DNA of 40,000 nucleotides. Source: Cellvibrio japonicus Ueda107 (GTDB lineage Bacteria; Pseudomonadota; Gammaproteobacteria; Pseudomonadales; Cellvibrionaceae). A program made the translations under genes and the position numbers. Where the stretch lies: contig NC_010995.1 in assembly GCF_000019225.1 (NCBI RefSeq), positions 3,773,957-3,813,956 on the forward strand, read 5' to 3'. Positions 24,666-35,157 of the stretch are shown in pieces. Positions within the stretch are counted from its first letter, which is position 1, and every line of letters starts with the position of its first letter. The notes below the pieces were generated by a model. That model was not told the origin of the DNA. It searched no databases and saw only the letters and a program-made list of their open reading frames with translations.

Positions 24666-25201
24666 ATTACCAAAGCGTTCTGGATTTCTGGTTCAACGAA
24701 TTAACCCCCGCCCACTGGTGGAAAAAAGATGAGGTGCTGGATAAAACCATCGCTGAACGTTTCACCGGGCTGCATGAGCAGGCCACGCGCAATGAATTGT
24801 TTGGCTGGCGCACTCATGCCAAAGGAGCACTCGCCGAAATTATTGTGCTCGACCAATTCTCACGCAATATTTACCGCGACCTGCCCGCCGCCTTTGCCAG
24901 TGATGCCCAGGCGCTGGCGTTGGCGCAAACAGCGATTGGCCAAGGTGTTGACCAGGCATTAAGCCCGGTTGAGCGCAGCTTTCTGTATTTGCCGTTTATG
25001 CACAGCGAATCGCGCCTGATCCACCAGCAGGCGGTTGCGTTGTATACCCAATTGGGCGAAGCCCTCAATTTGGAGTTTGAATTAAAACACAAGGTGATTA
25101 TCGACCGCTTTGGTCGCTACCCACATCGCAATACAATCCTCGGCAGAAACTCAAGCGCAGAAGAAATGGATTTTTTAACGCAACCTGGCTCCAGCTTTTA
25201 A
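24662..25201 (+). CDS. DUF924 family protein
   Basis: VLDFWFNELTPAHWWKKDEVLDKTI ... VLDQFSRNIYRD ... RFGRYPHRN are characteristic DUF924 blocks. ATGA overlap with the permease. Confidence 0.8.
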   Translation: MNYQSVLDFWFNELTPAHWWKKDEVLDKTIAERFTGLHEQATRNELFGWRTHAKGALAEIIVLDQFSRNIYRDLPAAFASDAQALALAQTAIGQGVDQALSPVERSFLYLPFMHSESRLIHQQAVALYTQLGEALNLEFELKHKVIIDRFGRYPHRNTILGRNSSAEEMDFLTQPGSSF

Positions 25202-25267
25202 ACACCATCACGCCCAATAATCACCGGCTTAAAACGGTACAACACCGTTATTAACAGGAACAACACG

Positions 25268-25600
25268 ATGAACCCATGGATCTTTTTAAGTATTGCCATT
25301 ATCGCGGAAGTGATTGCCACCTCGGCCTTGAAGGCCAGCGATGGTTTTTCCAACACCCTGCCCGCTACGATTGTGATAGTGGGCTATGGTGCTGCTTTTT
25401 ATTTTTTGTCGCTCACCCTTAAAGCCATTCCGGTTGGCATTGCCTATGCGGTTTGGTCAGGGGCGGGCATTGTGCTGGTGACGGCTATCGCCTGGATACT
25501 CTACGGGCAGAAGCTGGATGTGTGGGCGTTTGTGGGTATCGGGTTAATTGTGAGCGGTGTTGCGGTGCTTAACCTGCTATCGAAAGTAAGTGCGCATTAG
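25268..25600 (+). CDS. SMR-family small multidrug/quaternary-cation efflux protein (EmrE/QacE-like)
   Basis: 110 aa with 4 TM helices and the conserved membrane Glu in [14 protein letters not shown]. Confidence 0.85.
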   Translation: MNPWIFLSIAIIAEVIATSALKASDGFSNTLPATIVIVGYGAAFYFLSLTLKAIPVGIAYAVWSGAGIVLVTAIAWILYGQKLDVWAFVGIGLIVSGVAVLNLLSKVSAH

Positions 25601-25794
25601 TATGTTATGTGCGCCATTCTGCGATGGCGATGTCTGCAGCCTTCGTCTGTGTACTGAGCGTCAGGCCGATCAACGCCGGTGAAATGGACGCTACACCGCT
25701 AAAAAATACGTAAAGGTATTCGGAATTCGCCGGGAACAAAGGCTAGAATTCAACGTCTGGTAAATGTGAATCTAGCAGCCCTGCCCTGGTATCT

Positions 25795-28713
25795 ATGTCT
25801 TCGTCTCTCGCTACGCTAAAACACTGGTTTTTCCTGGATACAGCACTCGCCAAAGCCCTGCGCTGGCTGTGCTATCTGTACCTGGGCTGGTTTCTGCTCT
25901 GCTGTATGATCCTGACCCCATTACTCAACTATGCTGCCGGCAAGGTGTACCGGGAGCAGACGGGGCGCCAGTTACATTACGATCTCATCAGCCTTAATCC
26001 CTTTACGCTTAACCTGCTGATTGTGAATGCCAGTGACCGCAATCCGGACCAGAGCGTTTTCTGGCAATTCAAGCGCGCGGATATCAACCTGGCTTTTTGG
26101 CAGTCGGTGTTTAACCTGGCCCCCGGATTGGATGAATTGTCCCTGAAAGGCCTCGCGGTCCATATCAGCCAATCAGACAAGGGGTTGTTTAATATCGATG
26201 ACATTGTGCAACACCGTGCACAGCTTGCCGCCGATGCCCCCACCCCGGTCATGGCAGACGATGGCGACAGCCCCCTCTTTCCGTTTTTTATCACGCAAAC
26301 CGACCTTCAGATTGATCGCATTAGCTACAGCGAACACCGCGCAACCACAGATTACCGCCAGGCAATTAATGACCTGCGCTTCACCCTGGATAATTTTTCC
26401 ACCGTCAATGAAGAGGGACAGGGTTACCACCTTAATGCACACCTGGGCGACCAGGGCACTGTGCGTATATCCGGCACTGTCTCACTGGCGTCCAATAACA
26501 GCCAAGGTAATGTCCAGGTAGAGGCACTTCCACTTTCACCGGTTACCGATTACCTGCAGCAGCAGCTGGGCTTTCACTTGCAAAGCGGCAGTATCGATTT
26601 CAATAGCGATTACCGTATCCATTGGAAAAACGATGTGCACTACGGGTTTGATAATGGCCATCTCACCCTTAACCAGTTTGCCATCCTCAGCCACAACCCG
26701 CAGGATTTACAGTTACAACTGGAACAACTGTCGCTTGAAAAACTGTCGTTAAATAGCGAGCAACAACAATTGCATATAGCGAGTGTTGCGCTGGATAAGC
26801 CCCTGCTGAAATCCTGGAGCAATGGCCCTGAGTCCGGTTTACTCAAAGCACTGGCATTTACCAGCCCGACGGATGCGGGTAACCCGGGCACGGCTGAAAA
26901 CGACAATAATGATTGGGATATTCGCATTGATAGCCTGGCATTACTGGAGGGGGATATCACCTGGAAACTCGCCGAGCTGGATAACCGCGACCTTCGGTTG
27001 CAGGGCTTGCGCATTGATGCCACACCGCTCGCTTTATCAGGCAAAACCGATACGCAATTTTCCCTGTCAGCCATCGCACTGGAGGCTACGCCCCTAACAA
27101 TCCACGGCACCTTAAACCCGGTGACACTGGATGGCCAGCTCACACTGGATGTGCAACAACTGCCACTGGCATTGGCCAATAGCCAACTGAAAACTCTGAT
27201 CGCTGGAAAAATCACCCAAGGGCTATTCAATACCCAGACACAGATCAACCTGATCCAGGGAATACCGGACAAGATACTGACAACAGGTACCATTAACCAA
27301 TTTGTCCTCGCCCCCTCTTCACAACAGGAAGACGCGCTCCGTTTTGATCATTTGGGATGGGACAATGCACAAGTTGATATGACCCGTGAAAGCCTGCACC
27401 TTCCCCTGGTAACCCTATCCGGCCTGGATGGTCGATTTATCATTACCAAAGAGGGAAAAACCAATCTAGATGCTTTGCTTATCACATCCGCCACCCGCGA
27501 TGCGCAGCCCCAGGCTACGACTCACACGGATGCAGAGCCATCATGGTCGGTGGCACTGGATAAGTTGGTATTGGATAACGCGTCTTTCCGTTTTAACGAT
27601 GCCAGCCTGACCCCGCAATTTACTGCCGCCGTGCAAAACTTCGGCGGTGAACTCACCGGTTTATCGAGCGATACCCGGACCAGGGCCAGGTTTCTTTTCA
27701 ACGGTAATGTCGATGGTTATGCCCCGGTATCCCTTAAAGGCGAAGCCCAACCCTTTTTGGCCGATCCCATGGTTAAAGCAGAACTCCGCTTTAAACACCT
27801 GGACCTGGGCGGCTTAAGCACCTACTCATCGACCTATGCCGGCTGGCGCATTGAGCGGGGCCAGTTAACCGCCGACCTGAACTATCACCTGGAGCAGGGA
27901 CGTATCCTGGGCGATAACCATATTGAAATGGACAAATTGCAATTGGGTGAGCGCGTGCGCAGTGCCAGGGCCATGGATATTCCCATTCGCCTTGCACTGG
28001 CGCTGGTAACTGACAGCAACGGTTTGGCGGTGTTGGATATGCGTGTTACCGGCGATACCAACGACCCGCAATTTGATATCAGCAAAATTCTGATGAGCAC
28101 CTTGAAAAACACACTCACCAAAATTGTCTCCGCGCCTTTCCGCCTGTTAGCCAAACTGGTTAACAGCGAAGAAGAGCTGGAAATATTGCCGTTCAATTCA
28201 GGTTCGCAAGCCATCCTGGCAACGGCGAATCGCCGTCTGGATACCCTGCATAATGCGCTTAACAAACGCCCCCTGCTCAGCATAGACCTGCAGGGGCGCT
28301 ACGATCCGGTATCCGACAGGCGCGGCCTGCAAATCCTGCAGGCAAATAGCATCCTGTCCGGCGCAGGATTAGACAGCCAGGATATCAAACAGAAAAATAA
28401 TCGCTGGGAACTCGCGGTCAAACAACACTACCGCACACTGCCGGATAACCACGGTGATAAGCTCAGCGCTGATGAAATGTTTGAGAGCTGGATTGCTACC
28501 CTACCGGTACAAGACAGCGAATTGCAGCAGCTGGCCCTATCCCGCGCCAATGCATCCAAGCAGCATCTGGTAAAAAAATTCGGCATAGACCCCGGACGGG
28601 TGTTTATCAATAACGCAACCCAATGTAAGGAAGAAAACCCCGCGGAGTGCCGCCGCCGCGCGGTAAAAATAGAGCTGCACAATACCTGGGACTTATCCGG
28701 CACAACCTTGTAA
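25795..28713 (+). CDS. Large membrane-anchored DUF748/AsmA-like protein
   Basis: 972-aa clean ORF. N-terminal TM, then a long beta-rich repetitive region. The family call is from memory of DUF748 N-termini and is only moderately certain. Confidence 0.7.
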   Translation: MSSSLATLKHWFFLDTALAKALRWLCYLYLGWFLLCCMILTPLLNYAAGKVYREQTGRQLHYDLISLNPFTLNLLIVNASDRNPDQSVFWQFKRADINLAFWQSVFNLAPGLDELSLKGLAVHISQSDKGLFNIDDIVQHRAQLAADAPTPVMADDGDSPLFPFFITQTDLQIDRISYSEHRATTDYRQAINDLRFTLDNFSTVNEEGQGYHLNAHLGDQGTVRISGTVSLASNNSQGNVQVEALPLSPVTDYLQQQLGFHLQSGSIDFNSDYRIHWKNDVHYGFDNGHLTLNQFAILSHNPQDLQLQLEQLSLEKLSLNSEQQQLHIASVALDKPLLKSWSNGPESGLLKALAFTSPTDAGNPGTAENDNNDWDIRIDSLALLEGDITWKLAELDNRDLRLQGLRIDATPLALSGKTDTQFSLSAIALEATPLTIHGTLNPVTLDGQLTLDVQQLPLALANSQLKTLIAGKITQGLFNTQTQINLIQGIPDKILTTGTINQFVLAPSSQQEDALRFDHLGWDNAQVDMTRESLHLPLVTLSGLDGRFIITKEGKTNLDALLITSATRDAQPQATTHTDAEPSWSVALDKLVLDNASFRFNDASLTPQFTAAVQNFGGELTGLSSDTRTRARFLFNGNVDGYAPVSLKGEAQPFLADPMVKAELRFKHLDLGGLSTYSSTYAGWRIERGQLTADLNYHLEQGRILGDNHIEMDKLQLGERVRSARAMDIPIRLALALVTDSNGLAVLDMRVTGDTNDPQFDISKILMSTLKNTLTKIVSAPFRLLAKLVNSEEELEILPFNSGSQAILATANRRLDTLHNALNKRPLLSIDLQGRYDPVSDRRGLQILQANSILSGAGLDSQDIKQKNNRWELAVKQHYRTLPDNHGDKLSADEMFESWIATLPVQDSELQQLALSRANASKQHLVKKFGIDPGRVFINNATQCKEENPAECRRRAVKIELHNTWDLSGTTL

Positions 28714-28730
28714 GCGAAACCCACACAGCC

Positions 28731-28964
28731 ATGATTATGTATCCACACCCCACTCTCTTTTGTCCCCTCTGCGGAGGGGCCAATCAATGCGCTCCCGCCA
28801 GCGAAGGTAGCTTTGAAGTGGACTGCTGGTGTAAAACGCAGCCTGTCAGCGCCGAAGCCCGCACTCGCGCCGCCCGCACAGGCATTAGCCATGCCTGTAT
28901 CTGCCCCAGGTGCGCAGCCCCGCTAAAACAAACCCGGTTCGATTGCCCTGGCTCATCAGACTAA
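28731..28964 (+). CDS. Cysteine-rich CWC family protein
   Basis: MIMYPHPTLFCPLCGGANQC ... DCWC ... CICPRC. The track ORF starts upstream, inside the previous gene. Confidence 0.55.
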   Translation: MIMYPHPTLFCPLCGGANQCAPASEGSFEVDCWCKTQPVSAEARTRAARTGISHACICPRCAAPLKQTRFDCPGSSD

Positions 28965-29029
28965 GCCGCCAGCGCAACACAAACCGGGTTGTTGTTAACC
29001 AGCAATCCAAACGCTTACCAATACCTCAC

Positions 29030-31687
29030 CTACTGCAAGCGCTTGGCCTCAAACGCCAGCCTGTCACCCTGTTCATGCACATGGATGATCGCACCAGGCG
29101 GGAATTTTCCGGCCAGGATTTCCTGGGCGAGCGGGTTTTCAATCAATTGCTGGATGGCCCGCTTTAACGGGCGCGCGCCGTATACCGGATCAAAACCAAC
29201 ACTGGCCAGACGCTCCATAACAGCAGCATCCAACTCCAGGCCAAGGTCGCGCTCGGCAAGACGCTTGCGCAGCTGTGCCAGTTGGATATCGGCAATACCG
29301 CGAATTTGTTCGCGCCCCAGTGGGTGGAATACCACAACCTCATCAATACGGTTAATGAATTCCGGGCGGAAATGGCCCGCCACCACCTCCATCACCGCGT
29401 CTTTCATGGCGTTGTAGCGATTCTCGTTATTGAGCGATGAATTCATGCTGTCCGTTACACCAAAATCGAAATTCACCGTGTCAAAGGATTTATCTTCCGC
29501 CAACTCCTGAATACGATCCGAGCCCAGGTTTGACGTCATGACAATTACAGTATTGCGAAAATCCACGGTGCGCCCCTGGCCATCGGTCAAGCGGCCATCT
29601 TCCAATACTTGCAACAATATGTTGAACACATCCGGGTGGGCTTTTTCTACTTCATCGAGCAACACCACGGAATAGGGTTTGCGGCGCACACTCTCGGTGA
29701 GGTAACCGCCTTCCTCATAGCCTACATAACCGGGCGGCGCACCGATCAGACGCGCCACCGAATGTTTCTCCATAAACTCCGACATATCGATACGCACCAT
29801 GGCATCGGAGGTATCGAATAAAAACTCAGCCAGCGCTTTGCACAATTCGGTTTTACCCACACCGGTGGGGCCGAGGAACAGGAAGGAACCGTTAGGGCGA
29901 TTGGCATCAGACAAGCCTGCACGCGCACGGCGCACCGCATTGGATACAGCCACGACAGCCTCGTGTTGGCCGATCACCCGCTTATGCAGTGCCTCTTCCA
30001 TACGCAGCAATTTTTCGCGCTCGCCTTCCAGCATTTTTGAAACAGGAATACCCGTCCACTTGGAAACGACCTCGGCAATCTCCTCGTCGGTGACCTTGTT
30101 GCGCAGCAATTTCATTTCCATCATTTCCGCCTGGCTGGCCATATCCAGTTGTTTTTCCAGCTGCGGAATAATGCCGTATTGCAATTCGCTCATGCGCGCC
30201 AGGTCGCCCTTGCGGCGTTTTTCCTCCAATTCGAGGCGCGCCTGTTCCAGTTGGCTCTTGATTTCATGGGAGCCCTGCAATGCCGCTTTTTCCGCGCGCC
30301 AGATCTCTTCGAGGTCGCCATATTCGCGCTCGATTTTGTCGATGTCCTGGTCGATTTTGGCGAGGCGCTTTTTACTGGCCTCGTCTTCGTCTTTTTTCAC
30401 CGCCTCGCGCTCGATTTTCAATTGGATCAGGCGGCGCTCCAGGCGATCCATTTCCTCCGGTTTGGAATCGATCTCCATGCGGATACGGCTGGCCGCTTCA
30501 TCGATCAGGTCGATGGCCTTATCGGGCAACTGGCGGTCAGTGATATAGCGCTGCGACAACTTGGCGGCGGCAATAATGGCCGAGTCGGTAATATCCACAC
30601 CGTGGTGCACTTCGTAGCGCTCTTTCAAGCCGCGCAAAATGGCGATGGTATCTTCCTCGCCCGGCTCATCGACCAGCACCTTCTGGAAACGGCGCTCAAG
30701 CGCTGCATCTTTTTCCACGTATTTGCGATACTCATCGAGGGTGGTAGCACCCACGCAGTGCAATTCGCCGCGCGCCAATGCCGGTTTCAACATATTGCCC
30801 GCATCCATGGCGCCCTCGGCCTTACCGGCGCCGACCATAGTGTGCAACTCGTCGACAAACAGAATGATGCGGCCTTCCTGTTTGGCCAATTCATTAATAA
30901 CGGACTTCAAGCGCTCTTCAAATTCACCGCGGAATTTGGCACCGGCGAGCAGCGCCCCCAAGTCCAGAGCCAACAGGCGTTTATCTTTCAAGCCCTCAGG
31001 CACCTCACCGTTGACGATACGCTGGGCCAGCCCCTCGACAATGGCTGTTTTACCCACGCCCGGCTCACCGATCAGCACCGGGTTGTTTTTGCTGCGGCGC
31101 TGCAACACTTGAATCGTACGGCGAATTTCATCATCGCGGCCAATCACCGGATCGAGCTTGCCCGCTTCGGCGCGCGCGGTTAAATCCACGGTATATTTTT
31201 CCAGGGACTGACGGTTGCCCTCGGAGTCGGCATCCTCGACTTTGTCACCGCCGCGCACTTTTTCAATGGCTTGTTGCAAACGCTGGGCGTTGCCGTGTTT
31301 TTTCAGCAGCTCGCCGATTCCACCCTGGGTTTCATTCATGGCCACCAGCAGCACCGAATCGCTGGAAACAAACTTGTCGCCCACTTTTTGCGCGTGGCGG
31401 TCGGCCAGATTGAGCAGGCGCACCATATCCGCCGACATGGTGACTTCGCCGGTGGGATTTTTAATTTGCGGCAGTTTTTCCAACTGCTCGTTTAATGCAG
31501 TGCGCAATCCGGCGACGTCAAATCCCGCCTGGGCCAGCAACAGGCGAACACTGCCAGCCCCTTTTTGGTCGAGCATGGCCAGTAGCAGGTGAACAGGTTC
31601 CAGTTGGCTATGGTCTTGTCCCAGTGCAATGGATTGGGCATCGGACAGGGCCATCTGTAATTGGTTGGTCAAGCGGTCGATACGCAT
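29030..31687 (-). CDS. clpB: ClpB disaggregase (AAA+ chaperone)
   Basis: [18 protein letters not shown] start. Two Walker A motifs ([16 protein letters not shown]), a middle coiled coil, and [17 protein letters not shown]. It carries an extra segment of about 20-25 aa ([23 protein letters not shown]) in NBD2. Confidence 0.95.
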   Translation of the reverse strand: MRIDRLTNQLQMALSDAQSIALGQDHSQLEPVHLLLAMLDQKGAGSVRLLLAQAGFDVAGLRTALNEQLEKLPQIKNPTGEVTMSADMVRLLNLADRHAQKVGDKFVSSDSVLLVAMNETQGGIGELLKKHGNAQRLQQAIEKVRGGDKVEDADSEGNRQSLEKYTVDLTARAEAGKLDPVIGRDDEIRRTIQVLQRRSKNNPVLIGEPGVGKTAIVEGLAQRIVNGEVPEGLKDKRLLALDLGALLAGAKFRGEFEERLKSVINELAKQEGRIILFVDELHTMVGAGKAEGAMDAGNMLKPALARGELHCVGATTLDEYRKYVEKDAALERRFQKVLVDEPGEEDTIAILRGLKERYEVHHGVDITDSAIIAAAKLSQRYITDRQLPDKAIDLIDEAASRIRMEIDSKPEEMDRLERRLIQLKIEREAVKKDEDEASKKRLAKIDQDIDKIEREYGDLEEIWRAEKAALQGSHEIKSQLEQARLELEEKRRKGDLARMSELQYGIIPQLEKQLDMASQAEMMEMKLLRNKVTDEEIAEVVSKWTGIPVSKMLEGEREKLLRMEEALHKRVIGQHEAVVAVSNAVRRARAGLSDANRPNGSFLFLGPTGVGKTELCKALAEFLFDTSDAMVRIDMSEFMEKHSVARLIGAPPGYVGYEEGGYLTESVRRKPYSVVLLDEVEKAHPDVFNILLQVLEDGRLTDGQGRTVDFRNTVIVMTSNLGSDRIQELAEDKSFDTVNFDFGVTDSMNSSLNNENRYNAMKDAVMEVVAGHFRPEFINRIDEVVVFHPLGREQIRGIADIQLAQLRKRLAERDLGLELDAAVMERLASVGFDPVYGARPLKRAIQQLIENPLAQEILAGKFPPGAIIHVHEQGDRLAFEAKRLQ

Positions 31688-31722
31688 GGAATACCTCGAT
31701 AACGGCATTAACTTTTACCAGC

Positions 31723-31751
31723 AGTTGGGGGCATGCCTCTAAAAAATCAAT
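31723..31751 (-). promoter_or_regulatory. Sigma-32-like heat-shock promoter candidate for clpB
   Basis: On the minus strand: ATTGATTT-N12-CCCCCAACT, versus the remembered consensus CTTGAAA-N13-15-CCCCATNT. It lies about 36 nt upstream of the ATG. Confidence 0.4.
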
Positions 31752-31789
31752 AGCCGTGCATCACGATATTTGATGTATATCAACCCTTA

Positions 31790-33073
31790 TCAGGTAACCT
31801 CAAATGGGTATTTCACGACCGGGGTAGCACCTATGCGACGCATCCCCGGAATCGACAGACTGACCAGGCCCAACAATAAAATGGTGAGCCCCGCAATTTG
31901 CAGTACCGCTGTAGCGGGATAGGAGGTCATCAACCAACCGGTAATAACCAATGAGACGGGCACCAGCCCCAGGATTGAGAACATCAAAATACTGATAACC
32001 CTCCCCATGAGATGGGCTGGTGTACGCTTTTGAAACCAGGTGGTGCCGGATACCATGACAAAACCGTTAGGGATGCCAATGACTACCAGGGCTACAGCAG
32101 CATACATATAACTGGTTGCTGTACTCAGGAAAATCAGCCCCCAGGCGCCGGTAATATCGCAGCAAATAACCAACAGGCCCAGCTTAACGGAAGGGAGTTT
32201 TATGAGCATGCCCAATACGATCCCTAAAACTGTGCCTATGCCTAACATGGCATACAGCACTGAATAACCGCGTTCATCGAGCCCTAATTGCAATTTGGCA
32301 ACCACAGGTAATCCGGCCATTAGGGTGCCATGCAGGAAAAAGGAAAGGACAAATAAATATCCCAATACAACAGCAACACCTTTATCGCGCCAACAAAAAA
32401 CAAACCCTTCCTTTAGCATGTGGAAAATCCCATCCTTGTTCGCCAGGATGGTGTTCAACCGGATAAAAGACATTAATATCACGGCAATCAATACACCCAA
32501 TGCATCAATAAAAAATGCAATGGCGATAGCAACTGAATCGGTGTGCGACTCGGGTATTCCGCGATAATACTTTGCCATCCAGATAACCCAACCGGCGGCA
32601 AGGGGCCCCAGGATTTGAGCTACCTGGATACTTCCCATCATATAACCATTGGCATGCCCCAAATCATCCGGATGCGTCATACCCGGTAACATTGATTGTG
32701 CAGCGGGTATTGACAGGGCGGTTAAGGTACCGAGCAAAAATGAATAAATATGCAGTAAATAAAGAGAAACCTGATTGAAATACACCAACACTGCCAGGGA
32801 CATGACAACCAGGACAAAAATAATCCGGGATGAAAACAGCACCCCAAAAGGGCTGAACCTGTCGACAATCAACCCGCCAAATAAAAGAAATACCGCCTGG
32901 GGTAAACTGGCAGCCGCCAGGACAGTCGCCATGGATACAGGGTCATTATTGGAAATAGAAAGGGCCAACCATGGCATGGCAACCACGGTAAAAAAATTAC
33001 CCATCTGGGCAATCAAACTGCTTACCCAGTGGATCTGGAAATTGCGGTTATCCTTGATTAATCTCATCGACAT
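31790..33073 (-). CDS. MFS transporter (EntS/MFS_3-like exporter)
   Basis: 427 aa with about 12 TM helices. The N-terminus NRNFQIHWVSSLIAQMGNFFTVVAMPWL is typical of siderophore/NRPS-cluster MFS exporters. Confidence 0.85.
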   Translation of the reverse strand: MSMRLIKDNRNFQIHWVSSLIAQMGNFFTVVAMPWLALSISNNDPVSMATVLAAASLPQAVFLLFGGLIVDRFSPFGVLFSSRIIFVLVVMSLAVLVYFNQVSLYLLHIYSFLLGTLTALSIPAAQSMLPGMTHPDDLGHANGYMMGSIQVAQILGPLAAGWVIWMAKYYRGIPESHTDSVAIAIAFFIDALGVLIAVILMSFIRLNTILANKDGIFHMLKEGFVFCWRDKGVAVVLGYLFVLSFFLHGTLMAGLPVVAKLQLGLDERGYSVLYAMLGIGTVLGIVLGMLIKLPSVKLGLLVICCDITGAWGLIFLSTATSYMYAAVALVVIGIPNGFVMVSGTTWFQKRTPAHLMGRVISILMFSILGLVPVSLVITGWLMTSYPATAVLQIAGLTILLLGLVSLSIPGMRRIGATPVVKYPFEVT

Positions 33074-33101
33074 ATTGATAGCATTTCCTGTAGCAAATTA
33101 A

Positions 33102-33857
33102 CTAGGCACGATAAAGTGCTATTTCCGTATTCAACAGGACATTAATATCCTGTAAAAACGGCTGCAATGAAGTGTCAAAAAAGAAATGTCCCCCTGGGTA
33201 AACCCTGCTTTCAACCGACCCGGTAAAATGCTCGGCCCAGGCATGCAAATGCCCATAGGGAACCGCCATATCATCAGCGCCCCCGAACAAACAGGCCTTG
33301 GTTTTCAATTTGGTTGCATCCGTATATCGATAATTTTCCAAAATAGAAAAATCCGCCCGCAATCCGGGCAGTAATAACTGCATAACATCGGGGTCGTCCA
33401 GGACATCATCGCTCGCCCCCTGGTACTCACGCAAACGATGAATAAATTGGTCGTCCGGTAATAAATGGATAGGGGCACTAGCCCTGGGGATATGCGGCGC
33501 AGGCGAGGCAATGGAGAAAAACAATCCCGGCACAGGAAACTCAAGCGCCTGTAAGCGCCGGGCCAATTCATAGGCTGTCTTTGCACCAAGGCTGTAACCT
33601 AAGAAAACATACGGCCGGTCAATACAAGGCATCATCTCCTGCAGCAGGTCATCCAATAAGGGTTCCATTTCCCTATAGAGGTCATCGTCCAATCTATCTC
33701 CGCGCCCGGGAAGCTGTAAGCATATAACCTCTACATTAGCCGTTATGTATCTTGACCATTGCTGAAAAATAGCCGCCGAGCCTCCGGCGTAGGGAAAGCA
33801 AAATAACTTTATGGTTGCATTGGGATTCTTCTTAACAACTGCCAATAATCCATCCAT
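33102..33857 (-). CDS. Type II thioesterase
   Basis: LFCFPYAGGSAAIFQQW and a GYSLG nucleophile elbow. 251 aa. Confidence 0.85.
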   Translation of the reverse strand: MDGLLAVVKKNPNATIKLFCFPYAGGSAAIFQQWSRYITANVEVICLQLPGRGDRLDDDLYREMEPLLDDLLQEMMPCIDRPYVFLGYSLGAKTAYELARRLQALEFPVPGLFFSIASPAPHIPRASAPIHLLPDDQFIHRLREYQGASDDVLDDPDVMQLLLPGLRADFSILENYRYTDATKLKTKACLFGGADDMAVPYGHLHAWAEHFTGSVESRVYPGGHFFFDTSLQPFLQDINVLLNTEIALYRA

Positions 33858-33859
33858 GA

Positions 33860-35071
33860 TTACAGTGTCTCCACTACCGGGTCATGCTGACTTGCAACCT
33901 TGTCATGCACCAGGATGCTCTCCAGAAAATCTGCCGAGATCACCGCTCCATTTTGATTTAAGCATTCAACTTGCATTTTTTTGCACGCCTGGTGAATGTC
34001 ATCAGACGTTAAAATGTCGTCTATCAGATATGTTAAGGTCTCCCGGGTAAATGCCTCTTTTTTAACAGCCCTACCGACATTCCGTGTTTCAATAAACGAG
34101 GCATTGTAAAACTGATCCCAAAACTCCGGTTTTACCAACTGAGGCACACCAAAGCGCAACGCTTCCGATAAGGTTCCGACACCGGCATGGTGGATAACCA
34201 AATCCACTTTATCAAAGATTGCCTCAAACTCTATTTGCCCCAGCAACAACACTCGCCCATGCCATTCCGGCTGCAGCGCCAACTGGCCAATTTGATGAGA
34301 AACCACAATACAATGGATACCCAACTGCACGCATGCCTCGATGACAATACCCGCATAAAAAGCCGGATCAGGCATTGAGGTACCTGGCGTAAAAAGTACT
34401 ATTTTTTCACCTTTTCTCTCTGCCAGAAACACGACAACCTCGCCAGGCAGGGTGGCATCATTTTTTACCGGGTAGGGAAATCCTGCGTGAAAAACCGATT
34501 CGCCCAAATTGCCCATCCATTGGGGGAAATAAGCCAAATTATAGGGAGATGACAATATCCAGGTTAAATCCACCGTGGGAACCAGGCTGATATGATTGTC
34601 CGATGCAACACGCTGCAAGGCCCCGCTTAGTTTTGCAAGTGAGTCGTCATCAAATATCCCGGTTTCCGCCAATGGGTTGGGAGCATAAAGCACACCGACA
34701 TAAGGAGCCCCCAAGTGTTCGCACGCAAATTTGACGCCGACATAACCTATATAATTAATAAACACCGTGTTGCCCGGCACATAGGTATCCTGTACATAAC
34801 GAAAATGTGCACTAACCAGGGGTTCTACCAAATCGCTTAAACTGCGGTGCCCACCTACGTCAAAGGTGGGTTTTTCACCCTGCTCAAAACGGGTATCTGC
34901 ATTGATACACACCAGGGATATAGGTGTTTTTTCAATAAAAGGACGAATCCATACATATTCATCACTGGCGACAAATGTCACCGAATGCCCTCTGGACAAT
35001 AATGCTATAGATGTCCGGAATAACGGAAAAAAATCACCTGCACTGCCCATAAAAAAGAAATGAAAATTCAT
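33860..35071 (-). CDS. GT1-family glycosyltransferase (MGT/UDP-glycosyltransferase-like)
   Basis: Start MNFHFFFMGSAGDFFPL. The C-terminus HHAGVGTLSEALRFGVPQLVKPEFWDQFYNA is a nucleotide-sugar binding motif. The track start at 35134 is upstream. Confidence 0.8.
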   Translation of the reverse strand: MNFHFFFMGSAGDFFPLFRTSIALLSRGHSVTFVASDEYVWIRPFIEKTPISLVCINADTRFEQGEKPTFDVGGHRSLSDLVEPLVSAHFRYVQDTYVPGNTVFINYIGYVGVKFACEHLGAPYVGVLYAPNPLAETGIFDDDSLAKLSGALQRVASDNHISLVPTVDLTWILSSPYNLAYFPQWMGNLGESVFHAGFPYPVKNDATLPGEVVVFLAERKGEKIVLFTPGTSMPDPAFYAGIVIEACVQLGIHCIVVSHQIGQLALQPEWHGRVLLLGQIEFEAIFDKVDLVIHHAGVGTLSEALRFGVPQLVKPEFWDQFYNASFIETRNVGRAVKKEAFTRETLTYLIDDILTSDDIHQACKKMQVECLNQNGAVISADFLESILVHDKVASQHDPVVETL

Positions 35072-35157
35072 AATCCTTGCCCTGCCGCTTATCGGTTGAG
35101 ATGAAATAGGTGGTCGAGGCTTACCTGGCGGCAAGCCTCGACAGCGCTGTCAAAAAA

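Noticed and set aside
25202-25267. Possible guanidine (mini-ykkC/ykkC) riboswitch upstream of the SMR transporter.
   Set aside because: There is only one weak hairpin (AACGG..CCGTT) with no ACGR loops, and the spacer is too short for ykkC.
29799-31592. Plus-strand ORFs of 125-344 aa inside clpB.
   Set aside because: They are antisense to an unambiguous ClpB coding frame and have no motifs.
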